A DNA stretch of 52,838 nt from an uncultured Mycoplasmatota bacterium. GTDB lineage: Bacteria; Bacillota_I; Bacilli_A; RF39; UBA660. The notes beneath the pieces are model-generated. The model was given only the letters and a program-made list of their open reading frames with translations. It was not told the origin of the DNA and ran no database searches. Made by a program: the position numbers and the translations under genes. The stretch is taken from NCBI GenBank assembly GCA_947642475.1, contig CANRSQ010000003.1, positions 1 through 52,838 on the forward strand, written 5' to 3'. Shown here one piece after another: positions 26,982-37,004 of the stretch (its first letter is position 1; every line of letters starts with the position of its first letter).

Positions 26982-29273
26982 TTATACAGTTTGGCCTATT
27001 TCTTTGATGTCGATTTCGGTTTTATTATCTATTAGGGCTTCAATAATTAATGTTTCTAATTCATCTTTGATGATTTTACTTACTTTTCTAGCACCATATT
27101 CTTCGTAGTTTGTTTCTTTTATTAGTTTATTTATTACTGATTGTTCTATTTTAATATCGATTTTGTTTTTGTATTTTTCTTTTAAATCTTTTAATTTGAT
27201 ATTTATTATTTTTGTAATATCATCTTCATTTAAATTATTAAAAGCAATTACACTATCTACTCTATTCATAAATGGTATTGAAAATTTATCATTTAATTTT
27301 GTTTTTACTTTATTATCGCTATTAAATCCTACATTAATATCGTGGAAGCCTACATTAGATGTCATGATTATTACAACGTTATCAAATCTTACTATATTGG
27401 ATTTACTATCTTTTATTTTTCCTTCATCTAAAACTTGTAAGAAAAGGTTTATGATGTCATTATGGGCTTTTTCTATTTCATCTAGTATTAGAACTGAGTA
27501 TGGTTTATTTTTTATTTGTTCTAGAATGTTGGTATTATCATCATAGCCGATGTATCCTGGAGGGGCCCCGACTATTTTACTAATACTATGGGCTTCTTTA
27601 TATTCGCTCATGTCTAGTCTAATTACGTTTTTCTTGCCGACTAGATTTTCGCCAAAGACTTTAGCAAGTTCTGTTTTTCCTACCCCTGAAGGACCACAAA
27701 ATAAACATGAATAACATTTATCATTTAAACCTAGTTTTATTTTTTTGGCAATATTGGAAACTTTTTTGACGGCTTCATCTTGCCCGATAAGTTTTTCTTT
27801 GATGATTTTTTCTGTTTGTTTAATTATTGTTTTCTTTTCGTTTAGTAATTCATAAATTGGGATTCCTGTTTTACTATTAACGACATTGGCAACATCTATT
27901 TTTGTTACTTTTTTTGGTTTCTTTTTATAAAGTGTTAGTTCTAGGTTATTTATTTCATTCATTAATTTGAATTCTTCATTTTTATATTCTGAGGCTTTTA
28001 TAAAGTCGTTATTTATTATGGCTTCTTTTTTTTTAGTTATTATATCTTTTAGTTTTTTATTATATTCTTTATATTTACTCATGTTTTTACTTTCTTTTAG
28101 ACTTGCTTTGGCGCATACTTCATCTAGGATATCTATTGATTTATCTGGCTGGTTACGATTATAGATATATTTTTCTGATAGTTCAATGATTAAATCAATT
28201 ATGCCTTCTTCGATGGTGACATTGTGATAGGACTGATATATATCTTTTAAATTTATTAAAATATCTTTTGTTTGATCTTTGGTTGGAGCTTCGATGGTGA
28301 CTTTTTGAAATCTTCTTTCTAAAGCGGTATCTTTGGCAATATATTTTTTATACTCATCGGTTGTTGTGGCACCTATACATCTTAGTTTGCCTCTGGCTAG
28401 GGCTGGTTTAAAGATATTGGATGCATCTATAGCTCCTTCGGCGCCACCGGCTCCTACTAGGGTATGAACTTCATCGATAAAGAGTATTAAATCATCATTT
28501 TCTTCTATTTCTTTTAGAATTTTTTGCATTCTTTCTTCAAATTCACCACGGTATTTGGTTCCGGCTACGCATGCTCCCATATCTAGTCCAATGATTCTTT
28601 TATTTTTTAGAGCGATTGGGACGTCACCATTTATTATCATTCTAGCTAGTTCTTCGACAATGGCGGTTTTTCCTACTCCGGCTTCACCGATTAATAATGG
28701 GTTGTTTTTTGTTCTTCGTGATAAAATTTCTAGAACTCTTTTTATTTCTGGTTCTCTTCCGGTTACGGGATCTAAATTACCGTTTAGGGCTTTTTTATTT
28801 AGATCAACACCTAGTTCTTCTAGCAGAAGTTTTTTGTTTCCTTTTTTGTTTGTTAATTTATAGGTAAATTCGTTATATAGGTCGTCTATGTCGATATTCA
28901 TTCCTATTAATATCCTTATAGCTACGCCTTCTCCTTCTTCTAGGAGACTAGAAAATAGATGATTTATTGTTACGGTTCCATTATTATTTTCTTTGGCGTC
29001 TAAACTGGCGTTTTCAATTATTCTTTTTAGAAGTGGTGTATAAAGGAAGAATTCAGATGACTTGGTTCCTTTTCCAATGGTTTTGATTATTTCGCTTTTA
29101 AATGTTTTATAGTCTAGTTCGTATTCTTTTAATCTTTGGGCTATTTCGTTATCTCCTTTTAGAATTGCGAGTAAAAGGTGTTCTGAGGATACGTAGGGAT
29201 GATTTAGATTTATCATTTCGCTTTTAGCTACTATTAATACTTTTCTGGCTTCTTCTTCAAAACTATTAAACAT
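26982..29273 (-). CDS. clpC: Clp/Hsp100 ATPase, ClpC-like
   Basis: Clp_N repeats at the N-terminus. Two Walker A motifs (GEAGVGKT, GPSGVGKT). 763 aa. Confidence 0.85.
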   Translation of the reverse strand: MFNSFEEEARKVLIVAKSEMINLNHPYVSSEHLLLAILKGDNEIAQRLKEYELDYKTFKSEIIKTIGKGTKSSEFFLYTPLLKRIIENASLDAKENNNGTVTINHLFSSLLEEGEGVAIRILIGMNIDIDDLYNEFTYKLTNKKGNKKLLLEELGVDLNKKALNGNLDPVTGREPEIKRVLEILSRRTKNNPLLIGEAGVGKTAIVEELARMIINGDVPIALKNKRIIGLDMGACVAGTKYRGEFEERMQKILKEIEENDDLILFIDEVHTLVGAGGAEGAIDASNIFKPALARGKLRCIGATTTDEYKKYIAKDTALERRFQKVTIEAPTKDQTKDILINLKDIYQSYHNVTIEEGIIDLIIELSEKYIYNRNQPDKSIDILDEVCAKASLKESKNMSKYKEYNKKLKDIITKKKEAIINNDFIKASEYKNEEFKLMNEINNLELTLYKKKPKKVTKIDVANVVNSKTGIPIYELLNEKKTIIKQTEKIIKEKLIGQDEAVKKVSNIAKKIKLGLNDKCYSCLFCGPSGVGKTELAKVFGENLVGKKNVIRLDMSEYKEAHSISKIVGAPPGYIGYDDNTNILEQIKNKPYSVLILDEIEKAHNDIINLFLQVLDEGKIKDSKSNIVRFDNVVIIMTSNVGFHDINVGFNSDNKVKTKLNDKFSIPFMNRVDSVIAFNNLNEDDITKIINIKLKDLKEKYKNKIDIKIEQSVINKLIKETNYEEYGARKVSKIIKDELETLIIEALIDNKTEIDIKEIGQTV

Positions 29274-29345
29274 ATTTTTCTCCTTTCTGTTTAATTCTAT
29301 GTATATATTGTGCGGTTATTTTAATTTCTAATCAACAAATTTTTT

Positions 29346-29377
29346 GAAAAAGAAAAAGGATAGTTTTTTCTATCCTT
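29346..29377 (-). terminator. Rho-independent terminator
   Basis: AAGGATAG-loop-CTATCCTT followed by a T-rich run on the minus strand. Confidence 0.75.
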
Positions 29378-30323
29378 ACATTGTATAAATTCTTTTGATA
29401 TTATTTATAGCTCTGATTGTTTTTGGTAAATTAATAATAACTAAACCTGTAATTAATTCTTTTGGCTCTGGTTTTAGTGGTGCTGTTTTGAATATTTCTG
29501 GTGCTTCTTCTATTTTCTTTGTTACGTTATTTCTTTGTTCTTCGTTTATGGCGTCTACTAAATTAATTGGCGTTAGTTTTTCTTTACCGATTAATGTTTT
29601 ATCTAGTGGATCTTCTGGTTCTAGTGGTTCTAGTGGATTTTGATCTTCTACGGTGTCTGGCAATTCTATTTTTTCTTCTTTGGCTATAAATAATAATTCT
29701 TCTGGTTTTGTATCTGTTAGTTTTTTGGCTTTTTCTATATTACGATATTGTTTTGCTTTTTCATCTTTGGCGTCTAACATTTCAGTTATTTTTTCGATGG
29801 CTGTAAAGATTAAAACGGCAAGTATTTGGATGGCGAAAGCTCCCATAAGTAGTTGCATAAGGGTTAAAACATCATCGTTTGTATATAAGGCGTTTTCTTT
29901 ATAAATATCTATTTTATTTACTTGAATAATGCTTAATATTAAACAGAATATTGTTTGGACTACGGCAAAGCCGGTTATATTTATTATTTTATTGACTTTT
30001 AACATATTCTTTTTTAGGAATGTAACTAAAGCGATGATGGCTGAGGCTACTACGACTATGAATAGTGTTATAAAGTTTGGAAAATAAAGACTCATGAATA
30101 ATCCATCGATGACATTGTCTAGTAAAGCAAATATGGCGCCTTTTCCAACAAAGAGGACAATTACTATGATGGCTATATAAATTGCGATTATATATTTTTT
30201 ATGTATTTTTTTGTTTAAAGCAAATATAAGTACTGGTGAAAGAAGTAAAAGAATAAAGATTGGATGGGCAAGTATATTTTCCCACAATATAGCTAATTTT
30301 TCTAAAAATGTTAATTGCTGCAT
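29376..30323 (-). CDS. Membrane protein with P/E-rich cytoplasmic tail, unknown function
   Basis: About 6 TM segments followed by a hydrophilic C-terminus with PLEPLEPEDPLD (short tandem DNA repeat). Confidence 0.55.
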   Translation of the reverse strand: MQQLTFLEKLAILWENILAHPIFILLLLSPVLIFALNKKIHKKYIIAIYIAIIVIVLFVGKGAIFALLDNVIDGLFMSLYFPNFITLFIVVVASAIIALVTFLKKNMLKVNKIINITGFAVVQTIFCLILSIIQVNKIDIYKENALYTNDDVLTLMQLLMGAFAIQILAVLIFTAIEKITEMLDAKDEKAKQYRNIEKAKKLTDTKPEELLFIAKEEKIELPDTVEDQNPLEPLEPEDPLDKTLIGKEKLTPINLVDAINEEQRNNVTKKIEEAPEIFKTAPLKPEPKELITGLVIINLPKTIRAINNIKRIYTM

Positions 30324-30355
30324 TCTTTCACTTCCTTTTTATTCTTTTTTATTCT

Positions 30356-31999
30356 TTATTTTGTAAATTTACCTTTTATTTTTAATAATATGTTTTGAAC
30401 TGCGTTTTTACCTAATATTTCATCAATTGTTTTTGATTTATAGGCAACTATGAAGTATATTATTACCCCTATTATACCATATAATATTAATTGTAGGATA
30501 GCTAAAAATCTTGATGTTGTTATATTTGGAATAAATATGTTTAATATTGTTAAACTTGTTACCATTATAGCGGTACAAAGGGTTACTTTTATTAAAGTTC
30601 TTACTGATTTTAAGTAACTTATATTTGTTTTCTTTTTGATGACGATTAATAAGTACAGGCTGGCGCTTGTATCTATTATCATATTTAAGATTATTGGGGC
30701 ATAATATGCTTCTAATCCAATTGAATTAAACAAATGCATAAATGGAACGTTTAGGATTATTTTGGTTAAAACTGATCCGCCTAGTGCAATGATTGTTTGT
30801 TTTGTATGATTTAGTGTTTGGTTAGCATTTACCATTACTGAGCATATTGAAAGTGGGATTTGTGATAAAATTAATATTCTAAATATTGAAATATTTAATT
30901 CGTTGTACCCATAAAATACTGTCCATACGTCCGCGGCCATAAAGCTTATTCCAACTGCTAGTGGGACAGTGACTAGTAATAGTGTTTGGATTGCTTGATT
31001 TATTTTGGCATTTACTTCTTTATAATTTTTTACGGCATAGTATGATGCGATTGATGGAATTAAACTCATTATAATTCCTGTGGATATTGACATAACAATC
31101 ATGTTTAATTTTGATCCCCAAGTAGCGATTACGCTTAATACGTTTTCACTGATGGCGGTTGTATATCCTAATCCTACTAATGATTTTACAACGGTAAATA
31201 CGTCGACCATTACAAAAGCGGATTGCAATACTGAAATTACAACGAATGGTAAGGCATAGAATATTATTTTTTTAGCGATTGCTTTGGTGTCTATTTTGGC
31301 TTCATTTCTTGTTTGAACTGCATCTCTATTTAATTCTTTTTTATTTTTTTTGATTTTATCATGAACATAGAAGTATGCGGCTATTGCCCCTACTGTTGCT
31401 CCAAAGACGGCGATTCCAACTGCGGTTGTAATACTGGTGTGGAATACTTTTACAGCTAGGAAGCTTCCAGCGATGATAACGATTACTCTAACTATTTGTT
31501 CTAAAATATTGGCGATGGATGATACCCACATTATTTTATGTCCTTGCAAGTAACCTTTTGACACGCTTAAAAATGGAACTACTAAAATAGCTGTTGATAT
31601 TACTCTAATAACGAAGGTTACATCTTCTATGGTGTTTCCACCTGTAACGTCTCCTATTATTAAGTAGGCAAGTTGTGGAGCAAATATAAATAGGATTAAA
31701 AATACAGTTATACATAATACGGCGATGATTTTTAGTCCTATTTTAAATGTTTGTTCTTTGGTGTAGTATTCTTTTAAACTATTATATTCACTAACTACTT
31801 TACTCATAGCAACGGGGATTCCACTGGTTGCTAGATTTAAAAACATGTTATAAATTGAGTATGCGTAACTATAAAGTGCCCCTCCTTGTACACCTATAAT
31901 AGCGTAGAAAGGAATGACATATATTAATCCGATTATTTTTGTTACGACTATACCGATGGTTGAAATAGCTGCTCCGGCTAGAAAGCTATTTTTTTTCAT
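30356..31999 (-). CDS. MOP-superfamily flippase (SpoVB/YtgP/MurJ-like polysaccharide biosynthesis protein)
   Basis: About 14 TM segments with a typical N-terminus KKNSFLAGAAISTIGIVVTKIIGLIYVIPF. The ATG at 31999 follows a GGGTGAGAG RBS. Confidence 0.7.
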   Translation of the reverse strand: MKKNSFLAGAAISTIGIVVTKIIGLIYVIPFYAIIGVQGGALYSYAYSIYNMFLNLATSGIPVAMSKVVSEYNSLKEYYTKEQTFKIGLKIIAVLCITVFLILFIFAPQLAYLIIGDVTGGNTIEDVTFVIRVISTAILVVPFLSVSKGYLQGHKIMWVSSIANILEQIVRVIVIIAGSFLAVKVFHTSITTAVGIAVFGATVGAIAAYFYVHDKIKKNKKELNRDAVQTRNEAKIDTKAIAKKIIFYALPFVVISVLQSAFVMVDVFTVVKSLVGLGYTTAISENVLSVIATWGSKLNMIVMSISTGIIMSLIPSIASYYAVKNYKEVNAKINQAIQTLLLVTVPLAVGISFMAADVWTVFYGYNELNISIFRILILSQIPLSICSVMVNANQTLNHTKQTIIALGGSVLTKIILNVPFMHLFNSIGLEAYYAPIILNMIIDTSASLYLLIVIKKKTNISYLKSVRTLIKVTLCTAIMVTSLTILNIFIPNITTSRFLAILQLILYGIIGVIIYFIVAYKSKTIDEILGKNAVQNILLKIKGKFTK

Positions 32000-32009
32000 A
32001 TCTCTCACC

Positions 32010-32180
32010 CTATCTATAAACGATAAGTGCCGAAAAGCAGAAGACTTGTTCTTCGGCAAAAATACTGGTACTAACAGAAAACTTTATATCTATTATTTCT
32101 GGTTCGTTTTCTGTTATAAATTCATTTATTGTTTTTTCTAAATCTTTTTCATGACTTTCGTCAAAAACTTTCACTTTCAT
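32010..32180 (-). CDS. cse60: Sporulation protein Cse60 homologue
   Basis: MKVKVFDESHEKDLEKTINEFI...IIDIKFSV...EEQVFCFSALIVY matches my memory of Cse60. The internal ATG has an AAAGGTGAT RBS. Confidence 0.7.
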   Translation of the reverse strand: MKVKVFDESHEKDLEKTINEFITENEPEIIDIKFSVSTSIFAEEQVFCFSALIVYR

Positions 32181-32225
32181 TATATCACCTTTTTTATTAT
32201 AACGAAATAAAAAGTTCTTTTTTGT

Positions 32226-32251
32226 CAAATAAAGAGGAATTTTCATTCCTC
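32226..32251 (-). terminator. Rho-independent terminator of the M23 gene
   Basis: GAGGAAT-loop-ATTCCTC followed by TTTATTT on the minus strand. Confidence 0.7.
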
Positions 32252-32254
32252 GTT

Positions 32255-33478
32255 TTATCTTGTAAAATATGTTCCTTGACTAGGAATTTGTGGCATTATT
32301 CTTCTTGGATTGATTCTTCCGCTGTTCGGTCTAGCTAAATCCCAAGTATTTCCGTCAAACAGGTTTAAGTGAACGTGAACACCAAATGAACATTGGTCGA
32401 CACTGTGAAGCCCCCCCATTTTACCGACTACTGTATTTGGGGTTACGTTTTGTCCTTTACTGACTGATGGACTAGCTAAGTGCCAATAAGATGTTACGTA
32501 TGAATGTCCATTTATATTATGTAAAACATAGACTATCCAATTTCCGCAGTTTTTTCCACCTTCGGTATATGTTCCTGGTGATTGTACAAGAATTACTTTT
32601 CCTGAAGCGATGGGATAAACGTTATCACCATATGTACTATTTGAGAAGTCTATACCGGTGTGATAATCTCCTGAACGTTGACCATAATCACTTGTTACTC
32701 TACCTCTCGCAATTGGCATGTATGTTCCATTGGTACTTGGAATTTGTATTCCACTTATTGATCCGCCTGATGTACTTGATGATGGTTTTTGTTTGTTTAA
32801 ACATTGAGTCTTAGTATCGTTTCCGCTACATCCCATTGATTTTAAACTGTTGATAAGATCAATTGTTGTTCTGTATTCTCTATCTTTGGTTAGCATTCCT
32901 TCTTTAAGTTCTTCTATTTCTTTATTTAATTTGGCTTCTAATTCTGTAAGTTCTTGTTCTTTTTTTGTAAGTTCTGTTTGTTTGGCGGCTAGGTCTTTTT
33001 GTTTTTGTTCTAGTTCTTTGATATCTTTATTATATGATTTGATTAAATCGTCATTGTATGTTGATAATTGTTCAGCTACTGAGACTCTGTAAATAAAGTC
33101 TGTAAATGAGCTTGCTCCAAAGGCATATTCCATATATGCTGATTCACCGTTTGACACTTGAACAAATTTCATTAGTTCTTTTATTTCTTTGTCTTTAATA
33201 TCGATATCTTTTTGTAGTTGTTCAACTTCTTTTTTTATTTTGTCTAATTCAGCATTGATGTTTTTTATTTCTGTTTCTACTTGAGCTTTTTGTTTGATGG
33301 CATCGGCTCTTTCTTGTTCTGAAAGGGCTTTTTGATTTTTTGCTTTGTTGTAAGCTTCACGGTTAGCTTTTGCTTCGGCTTCTAATTGATTTAATGTTTT
33401 TTCTTTTGCGTTTGTGTTTGCTGGGGCTAAAATGAAACTTAATAATAGTGTTAATGCGATTATACTTGCTTTCTTCAT
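32255..33478 (-). CDS. Secreted coiled-coil + M23 peptidoglycan DD-metalloendopeptidase
   Basis: Signal peptide, long K/E coiled coil, M23 motifs HTGIDF and GVHVHLNLF. The ATG at 33478 follows an AGAGGTGA RBS. Confidence 0.8.
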   Translation of the reverse strand: MKKASIIALTLLLSFILAPANTNAKEKTLNQLEAEAKANREAYNKAKNQKALSEQERADAIKQKAQVETEIKNINAELDKIKKEVEQLQKDIDIKDKEIKELMKFVQVSNGESAYMEYAFGASSFTDFIYRVSVAEQLSTYNDDLIKSYNKDIKELEQKQKDLAAKQTELTKKEQELTELEAKLNKEIEELKEGMLTKDREYRTTIDLINSLKSMGCSGNDTKTQCLNKQKPSSSTSGGSISGIQIPSTNGTYMPIARGRVTSDYGQRSGDYHTGIDFSNSTYGDNVYPIASGKVILVQSPGTYTEGGKNCGNWIVYVLHNINGHSYVTSYWHLASPSVSKGQNVTPNTVVGKMGGLHSVDQCSFGVHVHLNLFDGNTWDLARPNSGRINPRRIMPQIPSQGTYFTR

Positions 33479-33492
33479 ACTACTCACCTCTT

Positions 33493-34137
33493 TTACTCCT
33501 TTAATGCATTTACAGCTTTTTTATAATTTGGCATATATTTTTCTACTGTTTTCCAAAAACTTTTTGAATGGTCAAAATGAACTAGATGACTTAGTTCATG
33601 AATTATTACATAATCTATAATGTAAATATCATATCTTATTAGTTTTGAATTTATTGTTACTGATGTATCTCGTCTGTTGCATACACCCCATCTTGTTTTC
33701 ATTCTTCTTATTTTTAATTTTGGGAATGGGATATTTTCTTCAAATAAATTATAACAGTATTCTAGTCTTTCTTCGAAGATTTTTTGTGTTTGTTTTTTTA
33801 CCCATTTTTCAATAGTTATTTCGTCTTTGGCGTATATTTTATTACCGTCGATTTCTATTTTATTAAATGGTACCATAATTATATCATATTTCTGCCCTAA
33901 ATAATAGAATTGGGCGTCTTTTTCTTTTTGTTTCTTTACTTTTGTTAACACTTTCCTTAGAAAGTCTTGTTCTTTGTCTAGCAGATGTTTAATCATTCTT
34001 TTTGATGTAAACATATTGGTGGTTACATATATTGTTCCATCTTCTTTGACTTTTATATATGTGTTTTTGTTGTTTTTTATAACGATTTCAACGTTGTATT
34101 TTTCACCATCTAGTTTATATTCAAATGTTTTTATCAT
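33493..34137 (-). CDS. YgjP-like (DUF45/M48-related) metal-dependent hydrolase
   Basis: IIHELSHLVHFDHSKSFW motif. The ATG at 34137 follows an AAGGTGG RBS. Confidence 0.75.
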   Translation of the reverse strand: MIKTFEYKLDGEKYNVEIVIKNNKNTYIKVKEDGTIYVTTNMFTSKRMIKHLLDKEQDFLRKVLTKVKKQKEKDAQFYYLGQKYDIIMVPFNKIEIDGNKIYAKDEITIEKWVKKQTQKIFEERLEYCYNLFEENIPFPKLKIRRMKTRWGVCNRRDTSVTINSKLIRYDIYIIDYVIIHELSHLVHFDHSKSFWKTVEKYMPNYKKAVNALKE

Positions 34138-34173
34138 GTTTACCACCTTATATTATTTTATCATATTTTTTTG

Positions 34174-34202
34174 AGAAAAAAAAGAAGCTCTTTGGCTTCT
34201 TT
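34174..34202 (-). terminator. Rho-independent terminator
   Basis: AAAGAAGC-loop-GCTTCTTT followed by T8 on the minus strand. Confidence 0.8.
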
Positions 34203-34208
34203 CAAGTG

Positions 34209-35774
34209 TTAAATAATTGTTAGAATGCAGCAAACTAATAATATTATTATGAATACTGCTAAAGCGAATTTCCAGATGTATTTAAACCAATCTTTGAATG
34301 GTACATCGAAATAACTAAGTCCAGCAATTAGAATTACGCTTGTTGGAAAAATGATCATTCCTAAGCTTGCAACAGATTGAACTAATAATCCGGCTACTGA
34401 AAGTGCTGAAGCGTCAAATCCTATTAAATAAGTTTGCATTCCAGCTAATAAGTAGTATAGATCATTATAGAAGAAACTTCCGTATAATGATGCGATTCCT
34501 GCTGTTGCTACGTTGAAGTCATCTGTTAATCCAAATGTTTTAGCATATAATGTATCTACTAATGTTCCTGTTCCACCATAAGATGCTTGATATAAAACAG
34601 TTAAGATTACACTTGCTAATGCAGCATAGATTGCTGTTGGTAACATTTTTTTAACTCCAGCGATGAAGCTTTCAACAAATGTATTTAATTTTAATTTGTA
34701 AATCCATGCGATTAATGCTGCGGCAATAACCATCATGATTACGAATTCAACATTACCCCAATAACCGATTTGGCTAATTCCACTTAATAAGTGTTCAAAA
34801 ATTGGGAAATCTCCGATTTTAACACTCATAATAGATGTGTGGATATCGTTGAATACTTCGATACCAAAGGCATAATACCAGTTATACATTCCAACGAATG
34901 TAATAACAGTCATTAATACGAAGATTACGATTAATGGAAGTGTATTAATTCCTTTTTTAGTATCTACTTTCTTAACGTCTTTTGCAACAGCTAAGCTTTG
35001 TGTATTCTTTTTAGCTGCTGGTTTTTTAGTAGTTTTCTTTGCAGTAGTTTTTTTAGCTGGAGCCTTTTTAGCTGCTGTTTTCTTTGCAGCTGCTTTTTTA
35101 GGTGCAGCTTTTACTTCTTTTACTGCTTCTTTTTTAGCTGGGGCTGCTTTTGCGGCTACTTTAACTTCTTTTTTCTTACTGAATTTTAAGATGAAGAAAA
35201 TTAAGATAGCTGTAACTACTACTAAAATAATTAATTTAGCTATGATTTGGTTGTTCATATCTAAAGATAAAATGTTTTTAGTGTAGCCTGTTACGTTAAA
35301 TCCATATGTTGAACATACTGATCCAACTAATACAGCTCCTACTGTTGATGCCATTGCAGTGATTTTGTCATAATTCATTGCAAATAATACGCTTGCAAAT
35401 AATGGAATTAAAACAAATAGTGGCAATGTTAATCCTGTAATTGATGAAAGTATTACGAAGAAAATGATTGTAAAGATTAAGAATCCTTTTTCTTTACCTG
35501 TAAATTTCTTAGTAATGTTTTCAACCCATGCAGGTAATGCACCAGTTTTTTCCATTACTCCATACAATCCGCCTATAACTGCAAATACAACAATGTATAA
35601 AGCGAAAGTAAGAAGTGTGGTAACTGGAATGTTGATTAAATCAAACAAACCAACTGCGTCGATACCATTCGTAGTTAATTCACCATTTGAATAAGTACCT
35701 ACAGGAATTATCCAGCTTAAAACTACAAAGATTAAGAAAGATATTCCAATTGCTTTAAGTAAATTTCTTTTCAC
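34209..35774 (-). CDS. YfcC-family-like polytopic transporter with a Lys/Ala-rich insert
   Basis: Polytopic. N-terminus LSWIIPVGTYSNGE typical of YfcC-type carriers (from memory). GTG start after a GGGAGG RBS. Residues ~199-274 are AKKxA-type low complexity. Confidence 0.6.
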   Translation of the reverse strand: MKRNLLKAIGISFLIFVVLSWIIPVGTYSNGELTTNGIDAVGLFDLINIPVTTLLTFALYIVVFAVIGGLYGVMEKTGALPAWVENITKKFTGKEKGFLIFTIIFFVILSSITGLTLPLFVLIPLFASVLFAMNYDKITAMASTVGAVLVGSVCSTYGFNVTGYTKNILSLDMNNQIIAKLIILVVVTAILIFFILKFSKKKEVKVAAKAAPAKKEAVKEVKAAPKKAAAKKTAAKKAPAKKTTAKKTTKKPAAKKNTQSLAVAKDVKKVDTKKGINTLPLIVIFVLMTVITFVGMYNWYYAFGIEVFNDIHTSIMSVKIGDFPIFEHLLSGISQIGYWGNVEFVIMMVIAAALIAWIYKLKLNTFVESFIAGVKKMLPTAIYAALASVILTVLYQASYGGTGTLVDTLYAKTFGLTDDFNVATAGIASLYGSFFYNDLYYLLAGMQTYLIGFDASALSVAGLLVQSVASLGMIIFPTSVILIAGLSYFDVPFKDWFKYIWKFALAVFIIILLVCCILTII

Positions 35775-35939
35775 TTTTCTCTACCTCCCACTGTAATTAT
35801 ATCAAAAAAGGCTTTTAATATAAAGTTTTTTTGGTAAAAAAAGTATTTTTCATACTATTTTCACAAAAAATTATACTAAAGCTTATGCGGTTATTATCAT
35901 TTTATTATTCTTTATGTTATACTTAATAATGGTGATTTT

Positions 35940-36875
35940 ATGAATGAATTTCCATATTCTAATACTAATAAAAGATATCATACTTTAGATTATTTTTATA
36001 AGAATAAATTTAATTCTAAGGTTAGCAAGATAAGTTTAAATGCTGGTTTTTCTTGTCCTAATATGGATGGCTCTATCGGAACTGGCGGCTGTATTTACTG
36101 TTCTAAAACTGGGAGTGGTGAGTATGCTGGGAATATAAAAGATGATTTAATTAAACAGTTTAATGATGTTAAAAAAGTAATGGATAGAAAATGGCCTAAT
36201 TGTAAATATATTGGTTATTTTCAAGCACGTACTAATACTTATGCTCCGGTTAGTGTTTTAAAGGAAAAGTATGAAACTATTTTAAATTTAGATAATGTTG
36301 TTGGTTTATCCATTTCTACTAGACCTGATGCGATTAGTGATGAATGTTTAGAATATTTAGCTGAACTCAACAAGAGGACTTTTTTAACTGTGGAGCTTGG
36401 TTTACAAACTATTCATGAGGAGACTACTAAATTAATTAACAGGTGTCATGATTTAAAATGTTTTGATGATATGGTTAAGAAGTTACATTCTAAAAACATT
36501 TTTGTGGTAGCGCACATTATAAATGGTTTACCTTATGAAACTAAGGAAATGATGGTCCAGACGGCTAAACATTTAAATGAGATTGGTGTTGATGGAATAA
36601 AGATTCATATGCTTAGCATTTTGAAAAATACAGCATTGGAAAAAATGTATGTGGAAAAGCCTTTTCATATTTTAACTAAGGATGAATATGTTGATATTGT
36701 ATGTGATCAATTGGAATGTTTAGATCCTAAGATTGTTATTCAAAGATTAACTGGTGATCCAATGGTTAGTGATTTGGTCTGCCCTGATTGGTTAATTAAA
36801 AAAGTACAAATTTTAAATGATATTGATAAGGAAATGGTTAGAAGAGATTCTTATCAAGGAAAAAATGTAGATTAG
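35940..36875 (+). CDS. TIGR01212-family radical SAM protein
   Basis: FSCPNMDGSIGTGGCIYCS cluster and overall YtqA-like layout. Confidence 0.8.
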   Translation: MNEFPYSNTNKRYHTLDYFYKNKFNSKVSKISLNAGFSCPNMDGSIGTGGCIYCSKTGSGEYAGNIKDDLIKQFNDVKKVMDRKWPNCKYIGYFQARTNTYAPVSVLKEKYETILNLDNVVGLSISTRPDAISDECLEYLAELNKRTFLTVELGLQTIHEETTKLINRCHDLKCFDDMVKKLHSKNIFVVAHIINGLPYETKEMMVQTAKHLNEIGVDGIKIHMLSILKNTALEKMYVEKPFHILTKDEYVDIVCDQLECLDPKIVIQRLTGDPMVSDLVCPDWLIKKVQILNDIDKEMVRRDSYQGKNVD

Positions 36876-36892
36876 TTTTATCTACATTTTTT
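36864..36892 (+). terminator. Rho-independent terminator (includes the stop codon)
   Basis: AATGTAGAT-loop-ATCTACATT followed by T4. Confidence 0.75.
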
Positions 36893-36919
36893 ATGCTTGT
36901 AATGTGTTCAGCTCAATTG

Positions 36920-36943
36920 GTCACTCGGCGGGTGACTTTTTTT
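36920..36943 (+). terminator. Second, GC-rich hairpin + T7
   Basis: GTCAC-tcggcgg-GTGAC followed by T7. Short stem. Confidence 0.6.
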
Positions 36944-37004
36944 ACACAGCAAATAAAACTTGAGCATATATTTTAATAATCCATTTTTTTATTATAGTTG
37001 TTAA

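Noticed and set aside
26953-27110. Plus-strand ATGAAAAAA inside the conserved 24-nt block could start small ORFs: 51 aa at copy A and 17 aa at copy B (37998..38050).
   Set aside because: There is no Shine-Dalgarno sequence, and the peptides share nothing beyond MKK. A coding role is unlikely. An RNA or operator role is kept as the hypothesis.
29274-29345. I looked for a CtsR operator (GGTCAAA direct repeat) and for ctsR/mcsA/mcsB upstream of clpC.
   Set aside because: No GGTCAAA-type repeat is visible, and the upstream gene is an unrelated membrane protein. No claim is made about regulation.
32181-32246. N-terminal extension of the cse60 ORF (track start at 32246).
   Set aside because: The extension overlaps the M23 terminator region and lacks an RBS. 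The internal ATG at 32180 has an AAAGGTGAT RBS and gives the canonical MKVKVFDE start.
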